In this document: piece by piece, positions 1-12,247 of the stretch
Position numbering within the stretch: the first letter of the stretch is position 1
Layout of the letters: every line of letters begins with the position of its first letter
Assembly: GCF_006345805.1 (NCBI RefSeq)
Contig: NC_043007.1
Span: 59,830,001 to 59,894,000, forward strand
DNA length: 64,000 nt
Direction of reading: 5' to 3'
Source: Octopus sinensis
Lineage: Eukaryota
Translations under genes and position numbers: made by a program
Notes under the pieces: model-generated
What the model was told of the DNA's origin: nothing
Database searches by the model: none
The model's input: the letters and a program-made list of their open reading frames with translations, nothing else

Positions 1-422
1 CTTCTTCCTTTCTGTCTTTCTTTCTGTAACGCTTACACACATACATCTCCATCATTAACATAGACTATATAAGACACCTCCTGATAGACAGACACATGTG
101 CCCACTTGAAGACATGCACATCTAAATATACACATAGAGGTATACTCACATACACACGGGCACATTACACACACACACACACACAGATAAAACACATGTG
201 CACACTCACATATTTATATGTACATAGTTACACCTCTGTAATGTGATTGTGTAGGTGGGTACTTTGGGTTAGGTATGTGAAAAATCTGTTGACCATTGCT
301 AGACAAACTCTGAATGAAAAATATGCCTGAATAAAAAAAAATGTGGTTAATAGGAAACAAAAGCAAAAATGCTCTCAATGTATCTGACATAAACCAAATT
401 ACCTTCGCACCTACCACACACA

Positions 423-461
<39 letters not shown>

Positions 462-687
462 ACACTCATACACGCTACACAAGCACACAGCAGTGACGCT
501 GCTTCTTTGAATAACAAGGTATCGTTCGTATGATTGAATATGAGCTCACAAGCGGCATATTTCATGACGTTCTGCAAGGTTATCTGCCAAGAAATTCTGT
601 AGGTAAAAACATAGATCGGTATATAGGCAGACAGAGCGATAGATAAATATATACACTGACAGACAGGGAGTTAGTCTAATATACATG

Positions 688-1290
688 CCATCAGTCTTTC
701 GCGACTTTGTTGTGTCATGTCGGCATTAACTCGTATCCGAGTAGTTAATCTGTAACCAGTGATTGAACCTCTTCATCTTGATGGGTGCGAAAGGTGCCGG
801 TACCTGTTCAGGCCTAAGGCAGTAGAGAAGATCCGGGGCATTTATCGCAGGAGAGGGTTGGCCGAGGGCGAGAAAGTTCAAGTCGCTCTTTGTGTATTTG
901 ACCTCTGATCAGTGCTTCTTGACATCTGTTATTTCCATCTGGTCAGTTCCCTTGAACGAACCTTGGGCGGTACCTGACGATTATATCCCAGGTATTCGGG
1001 TCAATGCAGCAGCGGAGGAGAGTGGCCTTGAGCTGATTTCGCATACGGAATTTGGGGGCTCCGCTTGGTCTGGTGCCTGAAGCCAACTCTACAAAGAAGA
1101 GTTAACGAGGGAAGCGCATTTGAGGCACACGTATGATCTGTCTCGACCCGAGGAGGCGGGGTCGTGCTTTGGTAGCTTCAATGCTGGACAGTCTGACTCG
1201 GAGAAGAATCTCTTCTTTGGTAACATAGTCCTTCCAGCGAATCCTCATGATTGGGCGAAATTTGTGCTATTGGAAATGTTCGGTTCACCA
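688..1290 (-). mobile_element. RTE-clade LINE, 3' fragment (post-RT C-terminus), degenerate
   Basis: Minus-strand translation gives IMRIRWKDYVTKEEILLRVRLSSIEA...FVELASGTRPSGAPKFRMRNQLKATLLRCCIDPNTW, a typical RTE C-terminus, with stops and frameshifts. Confidence 0.8.
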
Positions 1291-1429
1291 TCCAAAGGAA
1301 TATCATTCATCCATCCACCTTCTCTACAGGATTTGAACTCAGAGCGCAAAAGAGCAGAACAATTACTAAGAAGCATCCAGTCCAACGTTCTTACAGTTCC
1401 TCCAGTCGCCCACACTGGAGTGGTACTTT

Positions 1430-1555
1430 TTTATCGACCTCGAAAATGTGAAAAGCAAAGTTCACCTCGATAATATTTGAACTCAGAGCACATGTGTCAG
1501 GACAAATGCCGCGAAGCATTCTAGTCAGTGCCATTCAGCAATTCAACGTTCTACG
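1430..1555 (-). mobile_element. SINE family B fragment
   Basis: Reverse complement has the gttctgagttcaaat...gaggt...ctttgcttttca...gtcgataaa motif shared with copies at 3480, 30535 and 55612. Confidence 0.55.
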
Positions 1556-1589
1556 TGTAACATTGTGAAGACTCCCTCCCTCTTCTCCG

Positions 1590-1960
1590 CTCATTATCCG
1601 TAACAGGCTTGTGGTGGTAGTCTTCAAGCACCTCGTTAATAGGGCCCCATCAGAAGCAATTGTTATAAGACTTTCCAGCCGGGATTCACAAGCGAGATCA
1701 ACTGAGATTATGGATATTGTCCAACTACCTCATTCATGGTCTACCTTCAGGTCTCCTACTCGTTGCTTCGGCTTGAGGATTTCGTCTTGAGATTCTTCCC
1801 TTCGACATTCTAATCACACGTCCGTAATGCCGGGGCTGTGAACCCTCAATGCGAAAAAAGGGCTAGACCTGGAGATGGTCTCTGATCTCCCAGCTATGTT
1901 CCCTGTCGAGTAACGTGACTCCAGGGACCTTTCGGAGGACCTCCATTTCGGCCGCTTATA
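1590..1960 (-). mobile_element. Second RTE-clade LINE 3' fragment (different subfamily)
   Basis: Minus strand reads MEVLRKVPGVTLLDREHSWEIRDHLQV*...IRMSKGRISRR...RRPEGRP..RWLDNI, matching the RTE EMRxLR...RWxGHxxRM...GRP..RW region. Confidence 0.8.
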
Positions 1961-2333
1961 ATTTAAAGAAGAAAGTAGTTAATGTGCTCTGATGTTGGTA
2001 TGCGTAGTGTGGTATCCAACAATCTTTTCTTTGGGAATTTGACAAAGAAGTCAGTGAAAATTACAATTGGTTTTGTTACTAATAGTTGACGAGCAGGGTA
2101 TCATCCGAACCAATAGTTTTTTTTCTTTTTTTTTTTTTTACCAGGCAGTAGCTATTTCACCTTTTCGAAAAGGCAATGAACATAACAAAATGTAGTCTCC
2201 GACCCTTTGAAGTCAATTAGCAAAAATACACATCGATAGCTGCTTTGATTTACCAAAGCTGTAGGTTTCTGATATTTTCGTGACAATACCAAATTCAGGA
2301 TTTATTGATAAGGTATCTCCGCGCATGCACATA

Positions 2334-2390
2334 CTAGGTGGCATGAAAGTCACGTGCCAAAACATCTGACATTTTATTTACATTACGTTG
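2334..2390 (+). mobile_element. Orphan left terminus of the Tc1/mariner-type MITE seen at 3349
   Basis: TA-ctaggtggcatgaaagtcacgtgccaaaacatctgacattttatttacattacg closely matches 3349-3402. Confidence 0.45.
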
Positions 2391-3348
2391 TTGTTATTAT
2401 TATTATCATTCGACGACGACTCTTCTATTGTCTCATCAACTACATTACCGGTTCTTTTGATGAGAGCAAATGGCTAAGCATTCCGAAGTAACTTATGTCC
2501 TTGATTAATCCACGCTGGGGCAAAATGTAACGGGACAATACCTTTAAACACGCTCAATAGTCCATCCGATGGCTTTCTCCACAATTTCCGCCAAGAGGAT
2601 GAGAATCAGCCCACAGGTATGGTAAAACGGTACTTGTCTGTCATGCCACAATGGAATCGAGTTCAAGTCGACGTGGTTGCGATTCAAACATTTTAATCCC
2701 TTTATCATCTTTTAGTCATGAGGGAAGGCAGTGCCCTAGACTTTTGACCGTTTACAGGGCCTCCGAGACTGTAGGGAGGAAGCAAGACATCCTCAGACCG
2801 GAGTTGTGACTCGAATACTTAAAACAGAATGAACTTCGTTAAAGGCACGCGAGATACCAGGTAATAGGGTTATACTGGGTGCTGCAGACGGGTACAGAGA
2901 ACATCTTTATAATCAAGCGCCTATGTGTTTTATGTACAGAAATCATAAAGTACGAAAGCAGTGCTAGAGTGTAGTTTGAAGAACCTAATGCTTGTGTGCA
3001 ACAAGGGTACATTGTGCCAGTTGCATTGCTATTACAGCTTTATCAAAGACGAAAAGTGGCGTCAATGTTTGATCAATTAAAGAACTCCGTCGTATTTGAA
3101 AACTCAGATCTGTTTGTGTTGCTGTGGATTTATCCTTCATGAAATCGATGTACAGAAATTAAGACACCGCACACGCACGCACGCACGCACGCACACACAC
3201 ACTCACACACACACGCACACACACACACACACACACGCTCAAGCACGCAAAGCACGCACACACACACACACACACATATACACGCACACAAATACACGCA
3301 CGCACGCTCATAAACATACACGCTCATAAACATACACGCTTGTACATA

Positions 3349-3423
3349 CTGGGTGGGACAAAAGTCACGTACCAAAACATTTGACATTTTATTTATATTA
3401 CGCTCTTATTATTATTATTATTA

Positions 3424-3474
<51 letters not shown>

Positions 3475-3829
3475 TTTAAGGCGGCGGGCTGGCTTAGAGG
3501 TATTTCGTCTGTCTTTATGTTCTGAGTTCAAATTCCACCGAGGTCGACTTTGCTTTTCATCCTTTTGGGGTCAATAAATTAAGAATCAGTGAAACACTGG
3601 GGTTCGAGGTAATCGACTAGTCCCCTCCCACAAAATTTCAAGGCCTTCAGCCTTCAGTAGAAAGAATTACTGTTATTACCATAATTATTATTCATTTTAT
3701 TCATCATGTACAAGCGCGTGTCTTCAGCATTATTTTATTTATTTCATTCACTTGTAGAAAAATTGAAGCATGTCTGACTATACCCGGAGTGTATTGAACT
3801 TATTTTGTGCGTGACTTTTGACCCATCTG
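3349..3829. mobile_element. Non-autonomous Tc1/mariner-type MITE carrying a nested SINE and (TAT)n
   Basis: Imperfect TIRs CTGGGTGGGACAAAAGTCACGTAC and the reverse complement CAGATGGGTCAAAAGTCACGCAC, with TA on both flanks (3347-48, 3830-31). Confidence 0.6.
3480..3660 (+). mobile_element. SINE family B
   Basis: ggcggcgggctggc...gttctgagttcaaattccaccgaggtcgactttgcttttcatcc...gtaatcgactagtccc family motifs. Confidence 0.7.
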
Positions 3830-3866
3830 TATGTATTCAAATATTAATGTAACACACACACACACA

Positions 3867-4023
3867 GACGCGGGCTATGTGTGGTGAGAAGCTTGTTTCT
3901 CAACCACATGGTTCTGGGTTCAGTCCCGCTGCGTGACACCTTGGGCGGATGTCTTCTGTATCCTCGGGCCGACCAAAGCCTTGTGAGTGAATTTGGTAGA
4001 CAAAAACTGGAAGAAACCCGTCG

Positions 4024-4063
<40 letters not shown>

Positions 4064-4272
4064 CGTCTTTGTGCCTGTGTTTGTCCCTCACCACCGCTTG
4101 ACAACCGGTGTTGGAGTGTTTACGTCCTCGTCTTCTAGCGGTTCAGCAAAAAAGTACCAGGCTCAACAAAAAATAAGTATTGGGGTTGAGTCATTCAACT
4201 AAAAATTCTTCAAGGCGGTACCCCAGCATGGCCACAGTCTAATGACTGAAACAAGTAAACAATAAAAGATAA

Positions 4273-4274
<2 letters not shown>
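3867..4274 (+). mobile_element. tRNA-headed SINE family A (internal microsatellite), near full length
   Basis: Pol III-like head (tgtgtggtgagaagc...ggttctgggttcagtccc), ccttgggc...gccgaccaaagccttgtgagtg core, internal (GT)n, tail ccagcatggcc.cagtc...gactgaaacaagtaaa. Confidence 0.85.
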
Positions 4275-4303
<29 letters not shown>

Positions 4304-4306
<3 letters not shown>

Positions 4307-4430
4307 CGAAGGAGTTGCTGTATGGTAAGTAGCTTGCTTACCAACTACATGGTTCTGGGTTCAATCACCCTGTGTGGCACCTTGGGCAAGTGTCTTCTGC
4401 TATAGCCTCGGGCCGACCAAACCCTTGTGC
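4304..4430 (+). mobile_element. SINE family A, 5' fragment
   Basis: Head and core motifs as at 3867. Confidence 0.7.
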
Positions 4431-4529
4431 GTACATTATTAGGCAAGTATCATTACTGTTGAATCTTGCGTTCTCGATGACGCACATGCACCCATTCCAC
4501 GCGCATGCATTGCACCACCCGTATACATA

Positions 4530-4735
4530 CACCAAGCCAAGGAGGGAATATCTACATGGTCGTTTGATCTACTAGACCTACTAGAAATAACAGCTAAATC
4601 TCTCTCAAATGACAGCATACTGTAATAGAAAAGAGCAAGTTGTATCATGTAGTTCTGAGGAAAAGGACAGCATGGTCATGGTTGGAGCACCATTGACCGT
4701 AGATCTACTCGATCCGAATTGAACTGAGGCTAATC
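4530..4735 (+). repeat. Unclassified interspersed repeat (family D)
   Basis: ctagaaataacagctaaatct motif recurs at about 44385 (+) and reverse-complemented at about 43340-43500. Confidence 0.45.
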
Positions 4736-5504
4736 AATCTGTAGATATTACCCCAGTTAGTACATATTCCAAAATATTAGTAAAGGTAAATACACACACG
4801 CGCACATACACACATGTACACACGCACACACATGTACACACATATACACATACACACGTTAAAACCAAAAACACAAATATACTCATCCATATCGCGGTTA
4901 ATACGCACTCAATAACACAGACATATAGCGAGGAGAGGGTGGAAGAGATGGGAAAAAGGACTGGAATGGCGAACAGAGGTAGTAAGGAAGAAGAGGGAAG
5001 TAATAAATACAATAGGAGATATTTAAATTGAGAGGAAGGAGGGAGAGGGAGATAGAGAGAGAGAGAGAGAGAGAGAAGGGATGAGAGTAAAAGTGGTTGA
5101 TAGATAGTTAGATGAAGGAGAGGTGAGGGGAAATTTAAAAAGAAATATACATCGCTGTAATAGCGTTTGGGTTAAATAGATACAGAAAAAGAGAGAGTGG
5201 GAGAAGAGAACGAATGACAGAAAGAAAGAAGAAGAGAGAGAGACTAATTTATAAACAAAGAGAAGAGAATTGAAACAGAAAATTAGAAAGAGACGAGAGG
5301 AAGAGATTGGCGAAAGGAACGTCTGAAGAGATGAGGATTGTTAGATAAATATAGGATGAGAAAGAAAGAAAGAAAAATGTAGAACGATAAGAAGGAGTTA
5401 ATGGCAAGCAGAACTGGAGAGAACGGAATGGTTTGCTCCTACGAGCCGTCTGGTACGATTTGCCAGCAAACTGTTGACTTCTTAACATTCCCATACATTG
5501 ACAA

Positions 5505-5672
5505 CAGTAGTTAGTTTCAGCTGCAACCATTCGCTATTTATTCGTTACTGTCCGTTACTGTTCGTTGCCAATGCAGACATCTTTCACCGTTTATCAACAT
5601 TCACGATCCGCCACCGTCCGTTTACCGTCTGTCTCCGTCCGTCATTATGCGTTACCTTTCGCCGACAACCAG
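5505..5672. repeat. Unclassified repeat with inverted copies at 10833-10982 and 11893-12045
   Basis: ttagtttcagctgcaaccattcgctatttattcgttact...atgcgttacctttcgccgaca is the reverse complement of tgtcgacgaaaggtaacgcatg...gtaacgaataaatagcgaatggttgtatctgaaactaa. Confidence 0.7.
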
Positions 5673-6264
5673 TTTTTCTGTTGTAATGCCTCACTTCCGC
5701 GACTTTCTACTGCTGTCCAGCTTTACCTTTTACACCACCATTATCTGCTGCCGTCAAACACAGACCATCACTCACCTTCGTATCTGATCAACATTTACTT
5801 CTATTACATGGATTCATCATCGTTCCTTATCTTTACATGGATCCGTTTCCAGCCACCACTACCACCCACTGTTATTTGTCACCACCCTTTTGTTATTCGA
5901 CAACTTGGAACCATCTCCAATCATTGACAAGGTTGCATGAATTCGACCTCACCCACAACTATCCTCCATCGTTCACACAAATTCTACTGCTATTAACGCC
6001 ACTATATTTACAACTATCATCATTCTCTAATCACCATCAACCGCCAATAACACTGTATTCAACAGACGACACTATCCTCAGCCATTTAACAAAGTTGTTC
6101 TTCCATCCGTCACCGATATATTACACTTCCGTACTTACACACACACACACTCCATTATTAACACCACCCAATAGTAATAAATATATTAACAGTCAATACC
6201 TGTCACCACAACACAATTCTCCAGCGTTTGCATAGATCAGATTCTGTATCTTCTATCTTTTATA

Positions 6265-6483
6265 TTTTATTTGTTTCAGTCATTAGACTTCGGCCATACT
6301 GGGGCACCTCCTTGAAGAGCTTTTAGGTGAATAAATCGCCCCCATTACTTATCTTTTTGTAAAGCCTGGTGCTTATTCTAGCGGTCCCTTTTACTGAACT
6401 GCTAAGTGACGGGGATATAAACACACCAACACCAGCTGTTAAGCGGCGGTGATGGGGCACATACACATACACAAAGACACATA

Positions 6484-6528
<45 letters not shown>

Positions 6529-6542
6529 TATATATTATATAT

Positions 6543-6574
<32 letters not shown>

Positions 6575-6792
6575 CATATATATATACATATATATATACA
6601 TATACACACATGCATGTGTGCGTGCATACGACCGGCTTCTTTTAGTTTCTGTCTACCGAATCCAGTCTTGAGGCTTTCGTTGGCCTGAGGCTGCTGTAGA
6701 TGACACCTGCCCAAGATGTCATGCAGTGGGACTGAACCCGGAACCATGTGGTTAGGAAGCAAATATCTTACCACACAGCCACGCCTGCGCCT
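6265..6792 (-). mobile_element. SINE family A, full length
   Basis: Reverse complement has head, core, internal (TA)n and tail. Confidence 0.85.
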
Positions 6793-7229
6793 GTATATCC
6801 ATAATTTTCCCCGCATCTAGCATAGTGCTGCTGCTACACACACGTGCACATACACACACATTCATACACATATACATAGAAACATGCACACATATACACA
6901 CACACAAAACCATACATGCACATACACATAAATGCCCACTTACACTAGCATGCATATATACACATACACAGCATATCATAGATCTCATCCCAGGTTCATT
7001 CACCAACGAACTTCAATCCTTGTCCCCACGAGTCGATTAGGGAATCCCTACGTGATTATTGGAACTTCTAGAAAAAGCACCCAAATACTTTCAAATCACG
7101 CCTTACTTTCTTAGAAGAAGGCACACTGCGTAATATTTTCATGAGTTCTCTGGGCATAAAGAAAACAAAGACAACACCGCACAGTTGGAAGGTATGAGCT
7201 TAGGTTTCTACTCGATCTGGGCTCGCCTG

Positions 7230-7514
7230 GGATAAACATACCATCATCGTCATTATCAGAATTACCATCATCATCGTCATCATCACCATCATCACCATCA
7301 TCATCATCCTCATCCTCATCCTCATCATCATCATCATCATCATCTTCGTCGTCGTCGGCGTGGTCATCATCGTCATCATCGTCATCATCGTCATCATCAT
7401 CATCATCATTATCATCATCATCATCATCCTCATCATCATCCTCATCATCATTATCATCATCATCAGAATCACCATCATCATCGTTGTCGTCATAATTACC
7501 ATCATCACCACCAC

Positions 7515-7546
<32 letters not shown>

Positions 7547-7590
7547 ACATCATCACCGTCATCATCATCAACAACAACAACAACAACTGC
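7230..7590. repeat. (CAT)n/(CAA)n compound microsatellite
   Basis: Direct reading; explains the poly-Asp/Met/Ile ORFs. Confidence 0.95.
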
Positions 7591-7917
7591 CTCTTTCACT
7601 ACCTATTCTACAGTTTCTGCCACGGACTCTACTTCTCTTAACTAGCTAATAGCATGTTTCGCTTCCACACGGATCCGAGCACTCACCTCTTTTCCACACG
7701 CCAATCCTCATTGAACCTTACTCCTCAAACACGTCGCTCAACAACCCTTCATCCAAAGAATATCTAACGTCAAGAATCCCAGCCCCCCCCCCACCCCACC
7801 CATCCTCCCGTCCGCCAACCATGTCAAATAACATATGCTTAAACTGAACATTAGCCGCATTAATCTGATCAGCTTCAGTGAGAATACAGAAGGTCAAGGA
7901 CATAGTTTCATCTACTA

Positions 7918-8300
7918 CTAGCAGTATCGCCCGGCGTTGCTCGGGTTTGTTTCGACCCTTTAGAATTGGAATTTTTGAAAAGTAAAAATTTTGCATTATG
8001 TAGCTTGTTATTCTCTTTAAGTGAACATTTTTCTGGTTGAAATACACCGAAAAATGGCGACAAAGCAGAAAAAAATCGTAAAAAATAGGGATTTTTATAG
8101 AAAAAAAGCACCTTTTGATGTAAATAATTTTTGGTGTTAACATGGTCCGATTTGAACTTTTTCTTCTACAGAAGGAAGAGCAAACCTTCTACCATACTCT
8201 CAATTTTGGTCAACTTGCACCACAGGGTCTCGGAGGAGACAGTGTTAGTTGAAAGCTACCAAACCTGCCATACACAGAAAACTTCAGCTTTATATAGAGA
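7918..8300 (-). mobile_element. Non-autonomous Helitron-type element
   Basis: Minus-strand 3' end has the hairpin cccg-agcaacgc-cggg, then 8 nt, then CTAG followed by T. The other end (...ttcagctttatatagaga) gives 5' TC. The terminal sequence actagcagtatcgcccggcgttgctc is identical to 59778. Confidence 0.7.
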
Positions 8301-8646
8301 GAGACTGTACGTGCATAAAAGTAAATGAAAACTTGCAAAAATTCTTGTTTCCAAGACAATTATTCGTAGATACACTGTAAAGCTCGCACCCGTTAGAATA
8401 CTAAACCACCATCCCCAAAAGCAAGTAAATATCTTACAAGGCTGGCGTAGATCTTCAGTCATCAGAAAGTGGATGTAATCCAGCTGGCACCACCTGACTT
8501 TATCTGCCTTAGTGTACAGCTGTCTCTCCAAATCACATAACCTCATTGGTTAAGATTCTATTGATTTTTTTTTAAAACCATTCTGTAATATTTGTGAGCA
8601 GCACCTGGAATCCGTCATAAATAGAAAAGGAACACACACACACAGC

Positions 8647-8693
<47 letters not shown>

Positions 8694-9111
8694 CACACAC
8701 ACACACACACACACACAGATACATATGATAAAAACCATTATTTATAAAAGCATGAAGGCTTTGTTAAATATTTCCTTGGTGGTCATTTCCGGCTGCCGTT
8801 TTCTATCGTGTGTATTGATAGAAACACACGCACAAAAATGCACATATGTACGTAATACATGCATAACTGTATACATGTATGTGTGTGTGTGTATACATAT
8901 ATGTATACATATATATTATATATATATATACATATATATTCATACATATATATAGACATGTATGTGTGTGCGTGTGCATGTGTGCCTCTTTATGTATGTA
9001 TGTATGTATGTATGTATGTATGTATGTATGTATGTATGTATGTATGTATGTATGTTTGTATGTATGTATGTATGTATGTATGTATGTATGTATGTATGTA
9101 TGTATGTATGT

Positions 9112-9469
9112 ACATGCCATAGATCCATCTGAGACACATCTGATGGAAACGTTCCAGTTGTTTAAGGTGGTATCGATATGTGACCCGCGTCTCGCAGGCA
9201 TAGAGAAGAGACGGGAGCACAGATGCCTTGTACACATTTATCTTTGTCTTTCTGCATATGTCTCGCCGAGTCCCGAGGCGCCTTTCTAGCCTTCCGAAAG
9301 CAACACTTGCTTTCCTAATTCTATATAGAATTTCATCATCCAAACTGCTATACCTAATAATAGTGCTTCTCAGGTAGACAAACTGATCAACTACATCAAG
9401 TCGTTTACCATATACATAGATAATTGGTACACTATACTGCTTACCAGGGGCAGGTTGGTAAATCTCGAG
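9112..9469 (-). mobile_element. RTE LINE, inverted RT C-terminal segment
   Basis: YQPAPGK...QFVYLRS...DDEILYRIRKASVAFGRL...KTKINVYKASVLPSLLYACET...LERFHQMCLR. Confidence 0.9.
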
Positions 9470-9920
9470 TTGCACATGAGAAAGTAAGGAGGGATGTCAG
9501 GAAGGGCATCGCTGTTACACTTCCAGATGGGAAGGGTTTTCCTATGATGCTGACATGCAGTGCCTGTGCAAGGCCCTGCCTCAGTAAAGCTGGACTCAAG
9601 AGTCATCTTCGTAGTCATAAAGCGAAACAGATGAGTGACAACCTGGCCACAGGTGGCGGTGTTACACATCATACTAATCATATCTGTCAAGCATGTGGAA
9701 GAGAGTGTAATTCGGCAGGAGGACTTAAACGACATGCAAAGGTACATGAAGCCCAGTTACAACTACAGCCGGCTATTGCCGGTAAAGGTTTTAGCTGCCA
9801 GTTCTGTACAAGACATTGTAGATCTTTAGCTGGGCTAAAAAGTCACATTCGATCACAGCACCAAAAACAGTTAAGCTTTGTGCAATGGCCATACTCGATA
9901 ACGAGGGGGCAGCCATCATA
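9464..9920 (+). mobile_element. RTE LINE 3' end encoding three C2H2 zinc fingers
   Basis: CSACARPCLSKAGLKSHLRSH, CQACGRECNSAGGLKRHAKVH and CQFCTRHCRSLAGLKSHIRSQH (9556-9861), each C-x2-C-x12-H-x3/4-H, after an RTE-like ..KxRRxxRKG motif. Confidence 0.75.
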
Positions 9921-9944
9921 TATATACATACATACATGCATGCA

Positions 9945-10022
<78 letters not shown>

Positions 10023-10030
10023 AATATATA

Positions 10031-10995
10031 GATATAGATATGCACACTCAGGTGGTTCGGGTTGAATTTGATGATTTCTTACGTCTCCATTTTTTTTCAG
10101 GAACAGCTTGATGTATTGGTGAATAGTAGATAAAACAGTAGTTAAGAAAATGTTATGGATATGGAGAACTGCAAGTCATTGAATATTAGAAAAGAATTAC
10201 CTGTATCATGATAATTCATGCCAGGTATCAAAATGCTAATATCATAACTCCTGCTCAAAGTCCTGTGAACACTGTAAAAGCTGTAAGATGTGACAAGGAG
10301 AGCTGCGTCGCAGACGACGAAGCCATGTCCAGTACAAAGGGGGGAAGGAAATAGCAAGCGTTGTGATTGAGTATAGACGCCGGAATTTATCCCACATCGT
10401 TAAACAGAGCCTTAAGTTCTATGCAGGCGTCTATATAAAGCTGTTAGGGACTGTAGTCAAACCCTGGCTGGAGCAGGTTGCTGTTGGAAGGCCATCTATG
10501 TGGTAAGAGGATTCGGTTCCTTGCCATACATGGAAGGAGTTAGAAGTAGATGTCGGAGAATTTCTATGACTTCATCCCCAATTTCTGGCTTCTTAATTTT
10601 CCGATTGTAATCCTGTGGATTACTATGTATTGGGCGAGGTCCAAAAAGACACCAACCACTCTGCATGCAAAACCAAGGCCGAGTTGGTGGCCAAGATCAA
10701 GCAGGTGTTCGAAAATCTTCTCAAGAACACAGTGAGGGGCGCATGCACCAGGTTGCGAATCCTTCGTGAGACCGTGGTAAAAGCCGAGGGCATCTTCTTG
10801 AGTAAGCTAAAAAAAACACTTTTGTCGACGAAAGGTAACGCATGGTGACGGGCGGAGACAAACGGTAACGGAGAATGGCGGGTCAAGAATGTTGATAAAT
10901 GGTTAAAGAAGTCTATATCGGCAACGAACAGTAGCGGATAGTAACGAATAAATAGCGAATGGTTGTATCTGAAACTAACTCTCAGCGATAATCAT

Positions 10996-11005
<10 letters not shown>
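10031..11005. repeat. Tandem duplication, copy 1
   Basis: Near-identical to 11090-12070 (offset 1059-1064); separated by (TA)n. Confidence 0.95.
10260..10810 (+). pseudogene. maT/DD37D-like Tc1/mariner transposase fragment
   Basis: VYIKLLGTVVKPWLEQVAVGRP..W*EDSVPCH...SENFYDF.PNFW...DCNPVDYY...ACTRLR..RETVVKAEG; about 36-37 residues between D2 and D3 after frameshift correction. Confidence 0.75.
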
Positions 11006-11083
<78 letters not shown>

Positions 11084-11089
11084 TATATA

Positions 11090-12059
11090 GATATAGATAT
11101 GCACACTCAGGTGGTTCGGGTTGAATTTGATGATTTCTTACGTCTCCATTTTTTTTTCAGGAACAGCTTGATGTATTGGTGAATAGTAGATGAAAACAGT
11201 AGTTGAGAAAATGTTATGGATATGGAGAACTGCAAGTCATTTGAATATTAGAAAAGAATTACCTGTATCATGATAATTCATGCCAGGTATCAAAATGCTA
11301 ATATCATAACTCCTGCTCAAAGTCCTGTGAACACTGTAAAAGCTGTAAGATGTGACAAGGAGAGCTGCGTCGCAGACGACGAAGCCATGTCCAGTACAAA
11401 GGGGGGAAGGGAAATAGCAAGCGTTGTGATTGAGTATAGACGCCGGAATTTATCCCACATCGTTAAACAGAGCCTTAAGTTCTATGCAGGCGTCTATATA
11501 AAGCTGTTAGGGACTGTAGTCAAACCCTGGCTGGAGCAGGTTGCTGTTGGAAGGCCATCTATGTGGTAAGAGGATTCGGTTCCTTGCCATACATGGAAGG
11601 AGTTAGAAGTAGATGTCGGAGAATTTCTATGACTTCATCCCCAATTTCTGGCTTCTTAATTTTCCGATTGTAATCCTCTGGATTACTATGTATTGGGCGA
11701 GGTCCAAAAAGACACCAACCACTCTGCATGCAAAACCAAGGCCGAGTTGGTGGCCAAGATCAAGCAGGTGTTCGAAAATCTTCTCAAGAACACAGTGAGG
11801 GGCGCATGCACCAGGTTGCGAATCCTTCGTGAGACCGTGGTAAAAGCCGAGGGCATCTTCTTTGAGTAAGCTAAAAAAACACTTTCTGTCGACGAAAGGT
11901 AACGCATGGTGACGGGCGGAGACAAACGGTAACGGAGAATGGCGGGTCAAGAATGTTGATAAATGGTTAAAGAAGTCTATATCGGCAACGAACAGTAGCG
12001 GATAGTAACGAATAAATAGCGAATGGTTGTATCTGAAACTAACTCTCAGCGATAATCAT

Positions 12060-12070
<11 letters not shown>
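11090..12070. repeat. Tandem duplication, copy 2 (includes a second copy of the transposase fragment, about 11325-11875)
   Basis: Near-identical to 10031-11005. Confidence 0.95.
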
Positions 12071-12103
<33 letters not shown>

Positions 12104-12114
12104 TATATAGAAGG

Positions 12115-12165
12115 AGCTTCTACAGGACTAGGACTGTTTCATTCAAGAGAAATCTTCAGGAAGCT
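12115..12165 (-). ncRNA. Type I hammerhead ribozyme motif (mirror copy)
   Basis: Reverse complement of 12197-12247. Confidence 0.75.
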
Positions 12166-12196
12166 AGTTAACATGCCAATACAATTCTTGTTAACT

Positions 12197-12247
12197 AGCT
12201 TCCTGAAGATTTCTCTTGAATGAAACAGTCCTAGTCCTGTAGAAGCT
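12197..12247 (+). ncRNA. Type I hammerhead ribozyme motif
   Basis: AGCTTC-CTGAAGA-T-TTC-TCTT-GAA-T-GAAA-CAG-tcCTAGtc-CTG-TA-GAAGCT: 6-bp stem I, intact core, 3-bp stem II, stem III; GUA cleavage triplet, cut after 12241. Confidence 0.8.

Noticed and set aside
7111-7599. 162-aa poly-Asp ORF and overlapping poly-Met/Ile ORFs
   Set aside because: Read-through of a (CAT)n microsatellite. The same applies to the many YI/CV/HT/ER-repeat ORFs across the window.
8172-8252. Apparent exon (ctacAG|KEEQTFYHTLNFGQLAPQG...)
   Set aside because: Lies inside the 7918-8300 Helitron-type element and parallels the corresponding region of the 59779 element.
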